This document shows positions 1 to 9,753 of a stretch of 64,000 nucleotides of DNA, piece after piece. The DNA lies in IMG/VR virus record IMGVR_UViG_3300050821_003463, positions 1 through 64,000 of that record. One strand, given 5' to 3'. Source of the DNA: a virus. Position 1 is the first letter of the stretch; each line of letters opens with the position of its first letter. Under the pieces are notes generated by a model. That model ran no database searches. It saw nothing but the letters and a program-made list of their open reading frames with translations, and was not told where the DNA came from. Both the position numbers and the translations under genes were made by a program.

Positions 1-71
1 ACATGTACCGATAATCACGCATCAGAAGTGCAAAGGCTCCTCTAGTTGGGAGCCGACAATTTGGAGGAGCC

Positions 72-776
72 TTGAGCACAAATCAAGAATATTTTGACCG
101 CTGGGAAGCGTCTGCACCGACAGCCGTCGCAGGCACGCTTACCCCTGAAGAGATTGCACGGCACCAGGGTACACGTAACGCGGAGATCGCTCCCTGGGAA
201 TCCTACGCACAAGATTTACAGCAGGACGACCCTGCGCTGCTCGAAGCCATCGCGGAGTACGCGGGGCGGGTGAGCGATGCGTCGCCGTCTAACGAGTCGT
301 TAGAGACTCTTGCAGAACGCAAAGAGTTTAACGACAAGACCGCGCAAGAGTATCAGTTCGTCACCCCTGATGAGTACGCCGACGCTGGCGCACGCGTGGG
401 GCAGGTCAAACATAGCTCTACCTTCATCCTCTCGCTTCAACGCGCGGGCGTGAAGTGCTGGTATCGTAGGCACCCTCAACCGGGGAAGATCACGCTGGTA
501 GTTCAGCGAGAAGATTTGCCCGCCGAAGTCGGATGCTGGGTACAGCATGGGTTTATGCCTGAGTTAACCGTGATGCGGTTTGATGAACACGGCGTGCCTA
601 CTACTGAGAAATATCGTGGGTGGCGCACCTGTCTCCTTCAGTTGATCCTCAAGGGAGTGATCACAGAGAAGAAGGCGAATGAAGTTTTCGGAAAGCCTGC
701 AACGACTGAGGCGTTCCACAGATACAATGCCACGTTGCAGAACTTTCGCAACCAGGGCAGCAGACTGGATGATTAG
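72..776 (+). CDS. hypothetical protein
   Basis: 234 aa, TTG start with GGAGGAG RBS. Confidence 0.75.
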   Translation: MSTNQEYFDRWEASAPTAVAGTLTPEEIARHQGTRNAEIAPWESYAQDLQQDDPALLEAIAEYAGRVSDASPSNESLETLAERKEFNDKTAQEYQFVTPDEYADAGARVGQVKHSSTFILSLQRAGVKCWYRRHPQPGKITLVVQREDLPAEVGCWVQHGFMPELTVMRFDEHGVPTTEKYRGWRTCLLQLILKGVITEKKANEVFGKPATTEAFHRYNATLQNFRNQGSRLDD

Positions 777-785
777 GAGGAAGTC

Positions 786-1469
786 ATGAAGGAAACGAGC
801 ACAACTGCGATCCCGCCCGCAACGGCAGTACCGGTGGAAGATCAGATCAAACAGATTGAGTTGCAAGAGAGGATGTTGTCTCTCGAACTCAAGAAAGCGG
901 AACTCGAAGCGAAGCTGCTTGAAAAGCAGGAACGCGAATATCACATCAAGGACTTGAGGGCTCGACTAGCTGATCGAGATATCTCAGAGAAACAGACCCA
1001 AGAAGATCGCGAACAGCAAGGCAGGACCTTCGCCCAGCAAGACGCGACCGACGCGTATCGGTACAGAATCTGCACACACAAGAAGGGCGGGATTGTCACA
1101 CCTCGCGACATGCGAGTGCTGACCACGGGCGGCAACAACGTCCAATACGCCATCATGAAGCACCAGATGATTAACGGCGATATCTGGGTTCGTTGTCTTC
1201 GATGCGGCAAGACGTGGGCACCTCCGGTCGAGAAGAACTTCTTCTTTGACGCGAAGGGGCGTAACACGGCTCCGCAGGACGGACAGTTCGATAAGCCACG
1301 TTTCGACCGCGCAGTCGAAGAGTACACTCGCGCAACAATGTTCGAGACGAACAACTCCATGTCAGGCTCCGTACAGTGCCGCTTCTCCACGTTTGATGTG
1401 GAATCCGGACGTATGGTTGACGCCGCAGACAAGTATCGAGAGAGCATCGCCTCAACTACATTGAGGTAA
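786..1469 (+). CDS. hypothetical protein with N-terminal coiled coil and probable Zn-binding motif
   Basis: AGGAGG RBS; heptad-like E/K/L-rich N-terminus; CxH...CLRC. Confidence 0.75.
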   Translation: MKETSTTAIPPATAVPVEDQIKQIELQERMLSLELKKAELEAKLLEKQEREYHIKDLRARLADRDISEKQTQEDREQQGRTFAQQDATDAYRYRICTHKKGGIVTPRDMRVLTTGGNNVQYAIMKHQMINGDIWVRCLRCGKTWAPPVEKNFFFDAKGRNTAPQDGQFDKPRFDRAVEEYTRATMFETNNSMSGSVQCRFSTFDVESGRMVDAADKYRESIASTTLR

Positions 1470-1475
1470 AACATC

Positions 1476-1510
1476 AAGGGCAGACGGGCAACCGATCTGC
1501 CCTTTATTTT
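1476..1510 (+). terminator. intrinsic terminator
   Basis: AAGGGCAGA...TCTGCCCTT stem followed by TATTTT. Confidence 0.7.
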
Positions 1511-1523
1511 CATAGGGAGACTC

Positions 1524-2603
1524 ATGGGCAACTCATCGTACACGCTTCAAAATCTGGTAGATATCACCCGCTCGCTGGGTGATCTTGCGCCCACGCTACC
1601 CGTAGGTGGGTCGTACGAGATCGTAGCGACCTCTGCGATCAATGACTGCATGACCGCGATGCTGGCGGGAAGTTCCCACGGCTCTCCGTTCAACTGGAAG
1701 TTCAACCGGATCAACATCGTTCCGTTCTTCATCAACTCTTGGCAGCAAGACTACGCAGCGAACTACATCACGCTCGGCTGGCTCGAAAGTTGCGGCGCGT
1801 ATAACACGTCCTCTACTCAATTCCCCAAGCCCTTCTGCATCGTTGAAGTGAAGCGAGACATCCTGCTGACCAGCCCCAACGCGATCAGTACGAACTACGC
1901 GAAGATCGAGACACTCTCTAATGAGACGCTGACTTACGGTGTCTGGGGCCAGTCCACTATCGACAGTCTGTCTGGACTAGTAAACCCTGGTCCCGGCGCA
2001 GTGTACCTCAATCCGCTCGGAGCTATCTCGCTCCCTCCGAATCCCATCACCCAGGTCGTCGATTCATTCGGCAACTTCTGGATGTTAACGACATACGGCA
2101 CATGCGGATCGGTCAACCCATTTCTCACCAATCAAAACCCTAACAACGTCTATCCATCAGTCTCAAATCCATCCGCCGTTGCTGTCACAGTGCCAGATGG
2201 ATCAGTTGTGTGGACCGCTGTCAACCCGAAGGGACAGGGATTTCGTATCAATCCGATGCCGTGCCAAACAGGACCGGTGTGGCAGATCGCGCCTATCGGA
2301 CAGTTGAAACCTCGGAAGTTCTCGTCGCTATCGCAGTTCCTTGAGCCAATCCCAGACGATTACTTCACGTACATCCAGAACGGGTTCTTCGCTCAGTGCT
2401 ATCGGCGTTCGCCTGACTCGAAGCTGCGCGCAAAGTTTGAGGACGAGTACAAAATCTGGATGAACTCTCTCGACGCCGCAGTGCGCCAGGGGAGCAGAGA
2501 AGCAGACGACTACGGATTTGTGCCGACAAGCAATGTCATGGAAACAGGATGGGGCTGGAACCCAGTTAGCCCTGCCAATCCATACGGCGCGTGGTCGTGG
2601 TAA
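1524..2603 (+). CDS. putative head-tail adaptor / tail tubular protein A-like, paralog 1
   Basis: Position before tail genes; shares SPFNWKFN, QQDY and PIPDDY motifs with 3133-4104. Confidence 0.55.
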   Translation: MGNSSYTLQNLVDITRSLGDLAPTLPVGGSYEIVATSAINDCMTAMLAGSSHGSPFNWKFNRINIVPFFINSWQQDYAANYITLGWLESCGAYNTSSTQFPKPFCIVEVKRDILLTSPNAISTNYAKIETLSNETLTYGVWGQSTIDSLSGLVNPGPGAVYLNPLGAISLPPNPITQVVDSFGNFWMLTTYGTCGSVNPFLTNQNPNNVYPSVSNPSAVAVTVPDGSVVWTAVNPKGQGFRINPMPCQTGPVWQIAPIGQLKPRKFSSLSQFLEPIPDDYFTYIQNGFFAQCYRRSPDSKLRAKFEDEYKIWMNSLDAAVRQGSREADDYGFVPTSNVMETGWGWNPVSPANPYGAWSW

Positions 2604-2693
2604 TAAACGTCGAGCAGAGGAACGTCAATATAGTGTCATTATGGAACTATGTTGACGTACGACGAAAATCGGATGCTCTGTTTAGGAAGCCTC

Positions 2694-3125
2694 ATGTTTC
2701 AATTTTTACGTAAGACCGCCCTCTGGATTTTACTTACGCCCGCCGCAATTTGGGGCGCTGGACTTCTCTCCAATCAAGCCGTACTTATCGCCAATCACGA
2801 TCAGTTTCCGGTGATGTGGAACAGTTACAAAGTCGCTAGCTACGTTCTGAAGATTGAAAAGACTATCGAGACATCCAAGGACAAGGATGCTGTTCTTCAA
2901 GCCCAGTTCGACTTAGAAGCTTTGAAAGACGGTGGATATCTCGACGATACTCACACGGTCATGTCATCAGAGACGCATTTGAATTTCCTCGGGGATTGGA
3001 TTGACTTACGCGAAGCCACTTATAGTCCCGGGGACGAACTTCTTTATCTCGGGGGATGGCTTGCGAACTTTGCACCTTTCGTTTGGGGATGGGAAGTCAT
3101 CGGGCGCTTGAGAAAGAAAGAATAG
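2694..3125 (+). CDS. DUF5317-like membrane protein
   Basis: TM segments; AN...FPV, HTVMSSETHLNFLGDWI and SPGD motifs; start chosen after AGGA RBS. Confidence 0.6.
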   Translation: MFQFLRKTALWILLTPAAIWGAGLLSNQAVLIANHDQFPVMWNSYKVASYVLKIEKTIETSKDKDAVLQAQFDLEALKDGGYLDDTHTVMSSETHLNFLGDWIDLREATYSPGDELLYLGGWLANFAPFVWGWEVIGRLRKKE

Positions 3126-3132
3126 GGCTATC

Positions 3133-4104
3133 ATGGCACTGACAACGAAAACAATTCGCGACACGATCAACTGGGCGAAGCGGTTCAGCTTTGAGCGCAA
3201 CCCTGTCATTGGGAATTCGCTAGAGCCTGCGTTGACCAGTGCCAACATGGTTCTTCAAACGCTGTTGAGTCCGCCTCTGAACTGGTGGTGGAACTCGCAG
3301 GAACTCGTCTTCACCTGTAACCCCACGCCGAACTCTGCTACGTCAACCGTAATCTCTATCAGCGGGGGAGTTCTGACGGTTACCGCAGCAAACACGTTTG
3401 CTGTTGGCAACCTTCTGTTACCATCAGCAGTCGCAACTTTGACTACTCTAAACGGACAGATTATCGAAGTCGCGTCACTGATCGGTTCAGCGCCCACGTT
3501 TTCTGGGTTCACTGCGAACGTCACCCTCGCGGATGGGAGTGATACGGTCGGTACATTTACCAATGTCACCACGCAGGACTATACGCTCGCTGTTCCGAAC
3601 TTCTCGCACATTGAGCACGCGTCTGTCCTTGACCTCACACCGACCCTTACTTCAGGAGTTTTCGTACCCGCTAAGTGGTGGGAGTTGACAGTAAAGAATA
3701 ACCTCTCGTTGGAGTCCAGCGCGAATCGCCCAAACTTTATCGGACCTCACGTCGAAGATGCGAACGGTAACATCACCTTCCGACTCGCCTCTGCGCCCGA
3801 TAAGCCGTACCCTGTCTCTCTTCACATTCAAAACGCAGCCCCGGCTATCGTCAGTATGAATCAAACCTGGGCACCGCTTCCGGATTTCATGGAGTATATC
3901 TATGAGTGGGGCTTCCTTGCGCTGATGTGGCAGTTTGCGGACGATCCGCGCGCCGCTGACGCAAATAACAAATTCAAAGCAGGCATCCTCGCCCGAGCGG
4001 AAGGTCTGACTGAGGAGGAACGAAACATATTCCTCAATAACTGGGAAGCTCTGTACATGAACCCACAGACGAAGCAGATGGGAACACAAGCGCGCGCAAT
4101 GTAA
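3133..4104 (+). CDS. putative head-tail adaptor / tail tubular protein A-like, paralog 2
   Basis: SPPLNWWWN, TQDY and PLPDF motifs; internal beta-rich insert. Confidence 0.55.
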   Translation: MALTTKTIRDTINWAKRFSFERNPVIGNSLEPALTSANMVLQTLLSPPLNWWWNSQELVFTCNPTPNSATSTVISISGGVLTVTAANTFAVGNLLLPSAVATLTTLNGQIIEVASLIGSAPTFSGFTANVTLADGSDTVGTFTNVTTQDYTLAVPNFSHIEHASVLDLTPTLTSGVFVPAKWWELTVKNNLSLESSANRPNFIGPHVEDANGNITFRLASAPDKPYPVSLHIQNAAPAIVSMNQTWAPLPDFMEYIYEWGFLALMWQFADDPRAADANNKFKAGILARAEGLTEEERNIFLNNWEALYMNPQTKQMGTQARAM

Positions 4105-4114
4105 GGAGCTTTTG

Positions 4115-4420
4115 ATGCCAACCCAGACAGTACATCTCACCTTCCAGGACCCAAGCGGTAATCCGCTGGCGAATGGGTTGGCGACGTTTCGACTGAGTGC
4201 GGATGGCTCGCTTGGCACTTCGGGTGGACCCTCTGTTTTCGCGACTCTCACGAACGCGACACTAGACGGTGCGGGATCATGCACAGTTCATCTCTGGGCT
4301 ACGGACCAACTCTTGCCTGCGGGCTCTGTATATTTTGTAAACGCTTTCAGCTCACTCGGTGAGCCCGCCTGGAGCGGTCAGATGACCGTTATACACAGCG
4401 GTGGCGGGTCGAGTAGCTAG
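4115..4420 (+). CDS. stand-alone tail-fibre N-terminal anchor-like protein
   Basis: Aligns by eye to the N-terminus of 4432-5514 (FQDxxGN, LDxxG, WxxDxLLP). Confidence 0.55.
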   Translation: MPTQTVHLTFQDPSGNPLANGLATFRLSADGSLGTSGGPSVFATLTNATLDGAGSCTVHLWATDQLLPAGSVYFVNAFSSLGEPAWSGQMTVIHSGGGSSS

Positions 4421-4431
4421 GAAGGATTCCA

Positions 4432-5514
4432 ATGCCAGCAACCAAGGTACAACTAATCGGCGGTCACTTTCAGGATAGCGAAGGTAACGTACTTGTGAAC
4501 GGTTATCTGAAGATGCTTCTGAGCCAGGATGAGACGGTTCCTAGCGTTGGGAATATCTGTTCAGGAATTGAGATAACTATACAACTCGATGCGAGCGGAG
4601 ATGTCGTCACTTCCCCCGCGCAATCAGTTTGGGGCAATGACGTTCTTCTCCCCGTCAACAGCTATTACAAAGTCACTGGCTACTCTGCGGTGGGTCAGCC
4701 GTGCTGGGGTCCAAACATTCAGCAGGTAATCGGTGGACCGACCTTTGACGTAGGTACGTGGATTCCGAACCAAGTCATAAGTTGGGTGAATCCTAACTCT
4801 GGGGCAATCTCTTTACTCACTAACGGAACGCTGAACGCCAGTCAACAACGCCTCAACCTAGAGTCAACCGATTCGTCGATCACTATCACCGACTTGGGTG
4901 GGGGAAATGTCAACTTTGAATCGGCGTCTAGTGGAGCCGCCCTCGCGGATTACATGCTTGGTGCGGGGGGATTTCAGTTACCCGTTACCAACTCCTCGTT
5001 CAACGTTGGCACGCACACCGATCTGAACTCTAGGGTTTACTTCCACCGGTTCAATACGGCTATGGCATTGAGCTTCAGCAAGATGTCTTTCACTGGTGGC
5101 AGCAACTTGGGTGGCGGGGGAAACGTCAACGTCGCGCTGTATAGTGACGGTGGAAATTTGATGTTTCAGACGGGATCACAAAACATTCCGAACTCCAGTA
5201 GCACTGACGTAGACCTTACTCTCAGTCCGGTATGGGCAGCGAATCCTGGGACGTACATTTTAGCGTGGGCTCTATCCGATGCACACGTAGAACTTTGGGG
5301 TTGGGATTTATCACAGATAATGAACGACAGCGGTTCGTCCAATGCATGGAACGTTGTGAACCGAAACGGCGTTGTAAACTTTGGATACGCCGCGAACTTG
5401 GCGACGGGTGGAGGGGGAGTAGCAGCGATGCCCTCGACTCTAGGGGCGTTGACCGCAGCGACGGTAGCCGCAAACAACAATACGTACACGCCAGCAATCA
5501 TGTTACAGAAATAA
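4432..5514 (+). CDS. putative tail fibre / receptor-binding protein
   Basis: Anchor-like N-terminus; G/S/N/T-rich beta C-terminus. Confidence 0.6.
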   Translation: MPATKVQLIGGHFQDSEGNVLVNGYLKMLLSQDETVPSVGNICSGIEITIQLDASGDVVTSPAQSVWGNDVLLPVNSYYKVTGYSAVGQPCWGPNIQQVIGGPTFDVGTWIPNQVISWVNPNSGAISLLTNGTLNASQQRLNLESTDSSITITDLGGGNVNFESASSGAALADYMLGAGGFQLPVTNSSFNVGTHTDLNSRVYFHRFNTAMALSFSKMSFTGGSNLGGGGNVNVALYSDGGNLMFQTGSQNIPNSSSTDVDLTLSPVWAANPGTYILAWALSDAHVELWGWDLSQIMNDSGSSNAWNVVNRNGVVNFGYAANLATGGGGVAAMPSTLGALTAATVAANNNTYTPAIMLQK

Positions 5515-5523
5515 AGGAGCACT

Positions 5524-8500
5524 ATGAGTCAGATTGGCGCAGCAGGTGGACAGCCGCAGAAACAACCGAAGTACGCCCCGATCTACACGGGACGTTTCTT
5601 CAACGGTATTAACACAAACCGATCCCCGCTGCGCGCTGCGTCTTCCAGCCACATTGCTGAGAAATTTTATTCTGACTCATCGGGCGATGCGCTTATCGCG
5701 GGCTCGAATCTTGAAGTCACTAATCGGTTGACCTTGGCACGTCGTCCCGGTAATCCGATCTACGACACGGTACACACGCACGCGCTGTCCAACGGGTACA
5801 ATAATCCGGATGCGTTCAGTGATTTCCGAGTCAACAAATCTGCCAGTGACGTCTTTGGAACCACTCTCGAATCGATCTACACTATGATCGACGAGACAAC
5901 GACGCCGACCTATCAGGGGAATCTGTACTCCCTAACCGGAGGTGTAAACCCCTTCGCACCTGCGCTCACGCGCGGCGGCGACGCTGGCTACTTCACCGGA
6001 TTGAAGTTTCAAAAAGCGATAGGATCGGGCGAAGCCTTTACTCAACCTGTCGGCAACACGCTTTACTTCTCCGACGGAGTAGACAATAAGAAGTGGCTGA
6101 CTTCTCTCTTCACGCGTACAGCCGCAGGCGACAGCACCAATCTTCAAGGCGCAGATGGTCTAGCGGGAACATACCCGTTCGGCACGTACCTTATCGATCC
6201 AGCGACGGGCAACCCCCAGCAATTCATCGGAATCACCATCGGTAAGGTCGACACGGTCACAGTAGCTCAAAACACCTTGACTCTGGTTGTGACGCTTACG
6301 AATGACGTGAATGACTATGCAGTCGGCACGGCATTTCAGCTCTGGGGGATGCAGACGAACGCATTCTTGAACGGCGCGACGATCATTCTTGAAGACGCGT
6401 ACACCCACGCCTCTTCGACCACCTTTGTAGCCGCGTTTAATCATCCCGATATGGGACCTACGGCTGAGAGTGGACCCGGGTATATCATCCAGGCGGGAAC
6501 AACTCCCGTCATCGCCATCACCGGCGCGAGTGTTCCGACATGGGATACGACTGTACCTGTTGCGGGCAATGACTTCGCAGGTGGGCTCACCTTAGACGGC
6601 AACACCGTCTGGGTGAATCGAGGCACCCCTTCAACGGGTGGCGCGAGTGTGGAGAATTGGGGAATCAAAGCCCCAACTACCGCTCCGACTTTCTCTGTAG
6701 CGGGACAGGAAAATTCCTGGGCACCGAACACGTATTACTCTCCAGCGTCTATTTTCCTAGACCCGAACGGCAATCTGTGGCAGATAACAACCGCAGGTAA
6801 GACGGGGGCGACAGAGCCGACGTGGAACGCGACACCTACCCCTCAACAGAAGATCGTCATATCCTCGGTTGGGATTGTCTCTAACTTAGCAACCTTCGTT
6901 ACAGACGTGCAGTCTCCTGCGCTGGTCGCGGGCGATACGGTGGTTGTTCAAGACTTGGCAGTGGCTGACTTCCTTGATGGAAAGACACTTACGGTTCTCT
7001 CGTCAGGATTGTCGACGACAGGATTTCAGGCGACTTTCGCTCACACAGGAACCTACGCAACCGCCACGGATTATGGCGTTGCGGTAAAGACGGCTGGCAC
7101 TAACCCGCCCTCTATCGAGAATGACGGCGCGGCTGTCTGGACCTCTATTCAGCTCGCAGCGACCTTGACATGGAGCGCACACACGCACTATAACCAAGGC
7201 GACTTCATCGTCGCTACCGTTGGGGGCGTGAAACAGTTCTTTTTCTTAGGTCCTCCGACAGTTCCGTTCCTAATTAGCGGATCGATAGGTAGTCGAGGGT
7301 GGAATAAGAACCCCTCCTTCGCAGGACAGTTTGACAAATCATTCCCTGCACCCGCACAGGACTTCGCGATTTCCCCCACTTCTTTGAATTGGGGTAACGC
7401 GGTACTGCAGAACACTCAGTTCTTTCCGGTAAACGGAGCGGGAGAACTTCAGGGTTCATCTATTGATAGCGGTCACTACGAGAACTGGGAAGCGGGCGTC
7501 ACCTTCAACGTCTTCATCCCGGCAGCAGGCGTGTATACCTTCACCATCGTTCATGATGACGGCGCGTTCTTCTCGTTCGATACCTCAACAGGCGCAACGT
7601 TGGTATCCGGTACGGGGAACAATATCATCGGGAATAAGACCGCCATCCAGGGATACACCGGGGTGGTTGGAAATAACGTTTCGGGATTAAACACTGATTC
7701 CGCGACGTGGTCATTCCCAGCCGCAGGGTCTTATGGGTGTGAAGTCGATTGGTGCAACTTCGAGCACAAATCCACCTTGCAATTTCTTGTCCCGGGACCT
7801 TCGGCATCGCAGAATCTTCCTATCGGACGGGACGAGAGCGGCGCGACAATGCCGGTCTTCCCGACGTTCACTTCAACCGGCGCACATTACGATCCGATCA
7901 ATCAGGTCATCGTGTGGGGCGCGAGCGTAAAAGATAACTCCACGTCAAAAGTTTATACGTGGAATAACATTGGACCCGTGACTGATTTCTTGTGGCAAGC
8001 TTTTACAGATTACACCTTGCCGGGAACTCGGATCATTGACTCCAACTCGAACCAGGAAGCTGCGTACGAGACAGGCGTTTCAGGAAAGACCGCCCCCGTG
8101 TGGTCAACCGCACAGGATACGGGAATCACAGCAGACACTAATCCTCCGCTGACTTATCTCAACGAAGGCGCGGTACCCGCACTTACCCAGACGGGCAATA
8201 CGATAACGGCAACCAGCGTTCAGGGTTTCCTTTACTGGATTGCGTTGGTCAACACGCTTGACCAGACTGTCTCGAATCTAAGCCCAGTCAGTCAATCGAC
8301 AGGACCATTCGTTAAAGGGCAAGTCACCTTCGCCCCAGGCGCGGGATTGAACAAGGCGACTATCGACCCGCAGGCGGACTATGTGGCAATCTTCCGCTCG
8401 GTGGATGGGTTTTCGACTCCGCTTCTTATCCCGGGCTTTGTCAACTCACCGTATACGGTTCCGCTGACACAGTATCTCGAATACGGATTTGTCGACACAG

Positions 8501-9657
8501 TTCCGGATGTTCAACTGAACAACTTGGTTCAAGGTCCGCTCGGCTTGGAGAACACTCCTCCCGTAGCAGGCACAGTCAACCTCACGTATCACCTGAACCG
8601 CATTTGGTACAGCGTCGGCAACGTCGTTCACTGGACGACCGGACCCCTCGCGCCTATCGGTAACGGCGACGGAACCGCACCGGGGAACTTCGCAGCCTGC
8701 CCCTCAACAGTCAGGCGGCTAGTACCCACAGCCATCGGCATGATCGTACTCACCCAGTCGGACGTGTACATCATCGCAGGAAACGGCACGACAGGAAGCC
8801 CTATCCTTCCAGCCATCCCGTACCTAATCGGAGTAGGTCTGGGGAGTCACAACGCATTGGACATCAATGGCGGACTTATCGGGTTCTTCACGACCGACAA
8901 GCAGTTCGTTATCTTTGACCCAAGCGCTGGACTCAACTACGTCGGATTCAACATCGGTGACCAATTCCGTCTTAACAACGGAACTCCTGGTCAGTCATGG
9001 GATACCACGAAGGCTTACGTCGCGTGGTATGTCAACGGTGAAGATACCGGCTGGTATATCGCAGACGGAGTCAACGGATGGTATAGAATGATCTACACAC
9101 CCGCGCCCGAACAGGGTAGCGTGTCGTGGAGCCCCTTCGCTACGATCCAGGGAACCTGTGGCGCTATTGCCAGCATTGAGACTAGCCCGGGCGTTCATCA
9201 GTTGCTCATTGGACAGACGGTTACGGATGGAGACATCCTATCCCGAGATATCAATGCGACAACGGATGACGGCTTGAGCGGGTCAACCGGCACGAAGTAT
9301 AGCGCGTTTGCAGTGATCGGGTCTATCGTTCTCGCGAACCCTGGCCAGATCGCCAAGATCGCGCACATCACCACGGTCTGTGTGAGGACAGGATCACCGC
9401 TTATCATGGGTGTCATCTTGAATGAAGCTCTCCCGTACTTCCAGGGCAGCTTCGATATCCTTAAGCGGTCGGTGAGTGATCCACCTGGATTGCCTGAGAG
9501 CAAATCGTTCTACCGTCAAAGGTTTTATCTTGACCAGAACGAGGACGTCTCAGCTTATTGCATGGACCTGCAGATTTTGGTGCAGTTCCCCGCAGAAGCC
9601 GCCCAGAACGAACTTCAAGCACTGACAATCTTCGGTGCGTACGAAGTCGAACAGTAA
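5524..9657 (+). CDS. tail tubular protein B / nozzle-like protein with inserted carbohydrate-binding-like and PA14-like domains
   Basis: 1377 aa; propeller-like N- and C-terminal parts; repeated WxxxTxY...G.SG...P.W...DG..VW modules; FIPAAGVYTFTIVHDDG PA14-like motif. Confidence 0.6.
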   Translation: MSQIGAAGGQPQKQPKYAPIYTGRFFNGINTNRSPLRAASSSHIAEKFYSDSSGDALIAGSNLEVTNRLTLARRPGNPIYDTVHTHALSNGYNNPDAFSDFRVNKSASDVFGTTLESIYTMIDETTTPTYQGNLYSLTGGVNPFAPALTRGGDAGYFTGLKFQKAIGSGEAFTQPVGNTLYFSDGVDNKKWLTSLFTRTAAGDSTNLQGADGLAGTYPFGTYLIDPATGNPQQFIGITIGKVDTVTVAQNTLTLVVTLTNDVNDYAVGTAFQLWGMQTNAFLNGATIILEDAYTHASSTTFVAAFNHPDMGPTAESGPGYIIQAGTTPVIAITGASVPTWDTTVPVAGNDFAGGLTLDGNTVWVNRGTPSTGGASVENWGIKAPTTAPTFSVAGQENSWAPNTYYSPASIFLDPNGNLWQITTAGKTGATEPTWNATPTPQQKIVISSVGIVSNLATFVTDVQSPALVAGDTVVVQDLAVADFLDGKTLTVLSSGLSTTGFQATFAHTGTYATATDYGVAVKTAGTNPPSIENDGAAVWTSIQLAATLTWSAHTHYNQGDFIVATVGGVKQFFFLGPPTVPFLISGSIGSRGWNKNPSFAGQFDKSFPAPAQDFAISPTSLNWGNAVLQNTQFFPVNGAGELQGSSIDSGHYENWEAGVTFNVFIPAAGVYTFTIVHDDGAFFSFDTSTGATLVSGTGNNIIGNKTAIQGYTGVVGNNVSGLNTDSATWSFPAAGSYGCEVDWCNFEHKSTLQFLVPGPSASQNLPIGRDESGATMPVFPTFTSTGAHYDPINQVIVWGASVKDNSTSKVYTWNNIGPVTDFLWQAFTDYTLPGTRIIDSNSNQEAAYETGVSGKTAPVWSTAQDTGITADTNPPLTYLNEGAVPALTQTGNTITATSVQGFLYWIALVNTLDQTVSNLSPVSQSTGPFVKGQVTFAPGAGLNKATIDPQADYVAIFRSVDGFSTPLLIPGFVNSPYTVPLTQYLEYGFVDTVPDVQLNNLVQGPLGLENTPPVAGTVNLTYHLNRIWYSVGNVVHWTTGPLAPIGNGDGTAPGNFAACPSTVRRLVPTAIGMIVLTQSDVYIIAGNGTTGSPILPAIPYLIGVGLGSHNALDINGGLIGFFTTDKQFVIFDPSAGLNYVGFNIGDQFRLNNGTPGQSWDTTKAYVAWYVNGEDTGWYIADGVNGWYRMIYTPAPEQGSVSWSPFATIQGTCGAIASIETSPGVHQLLIGQTVTDGDILSRDINATTDDGLSGSTGTKYSAFAVIGSIVLANPGQIAKIAHITTVCVRTGSPLIMGVILNEALPYFQGSFDILKRSVSDPPGLPESKSFYRQRFYLDQNEDVSAYCMDLQILVQFPAEAAQNELQALTIFGAYEVEQ

Positions 9658-9665
9658 TGTACAAA

Positions 9666-9734
9666 GTACACCTCCGAGCGCGCTTTAGGACGAAACTTTT
9701 ATCCTTGCGCTCGGGGGCACGTACTGAGTATAAT
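9666..9734 (+). promoter_or_regulatory. intergenic long hairpin overlapping a sigma70-like promoter
   Basis: CCTCCGAGCGC...GCGCTCGGGGG stem; TTGCGC(9705)-18 nt-TATAAT(9729). Confidence 0.5.
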
Positions 9735-9753
9735 AAAGAAAGGGAAGGTACAG

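Noticed and set aside
9685-9730. Hammerhead ribozyme suggested by GGACGAAAC
   Set aside because: No CTGANGA core in the required position
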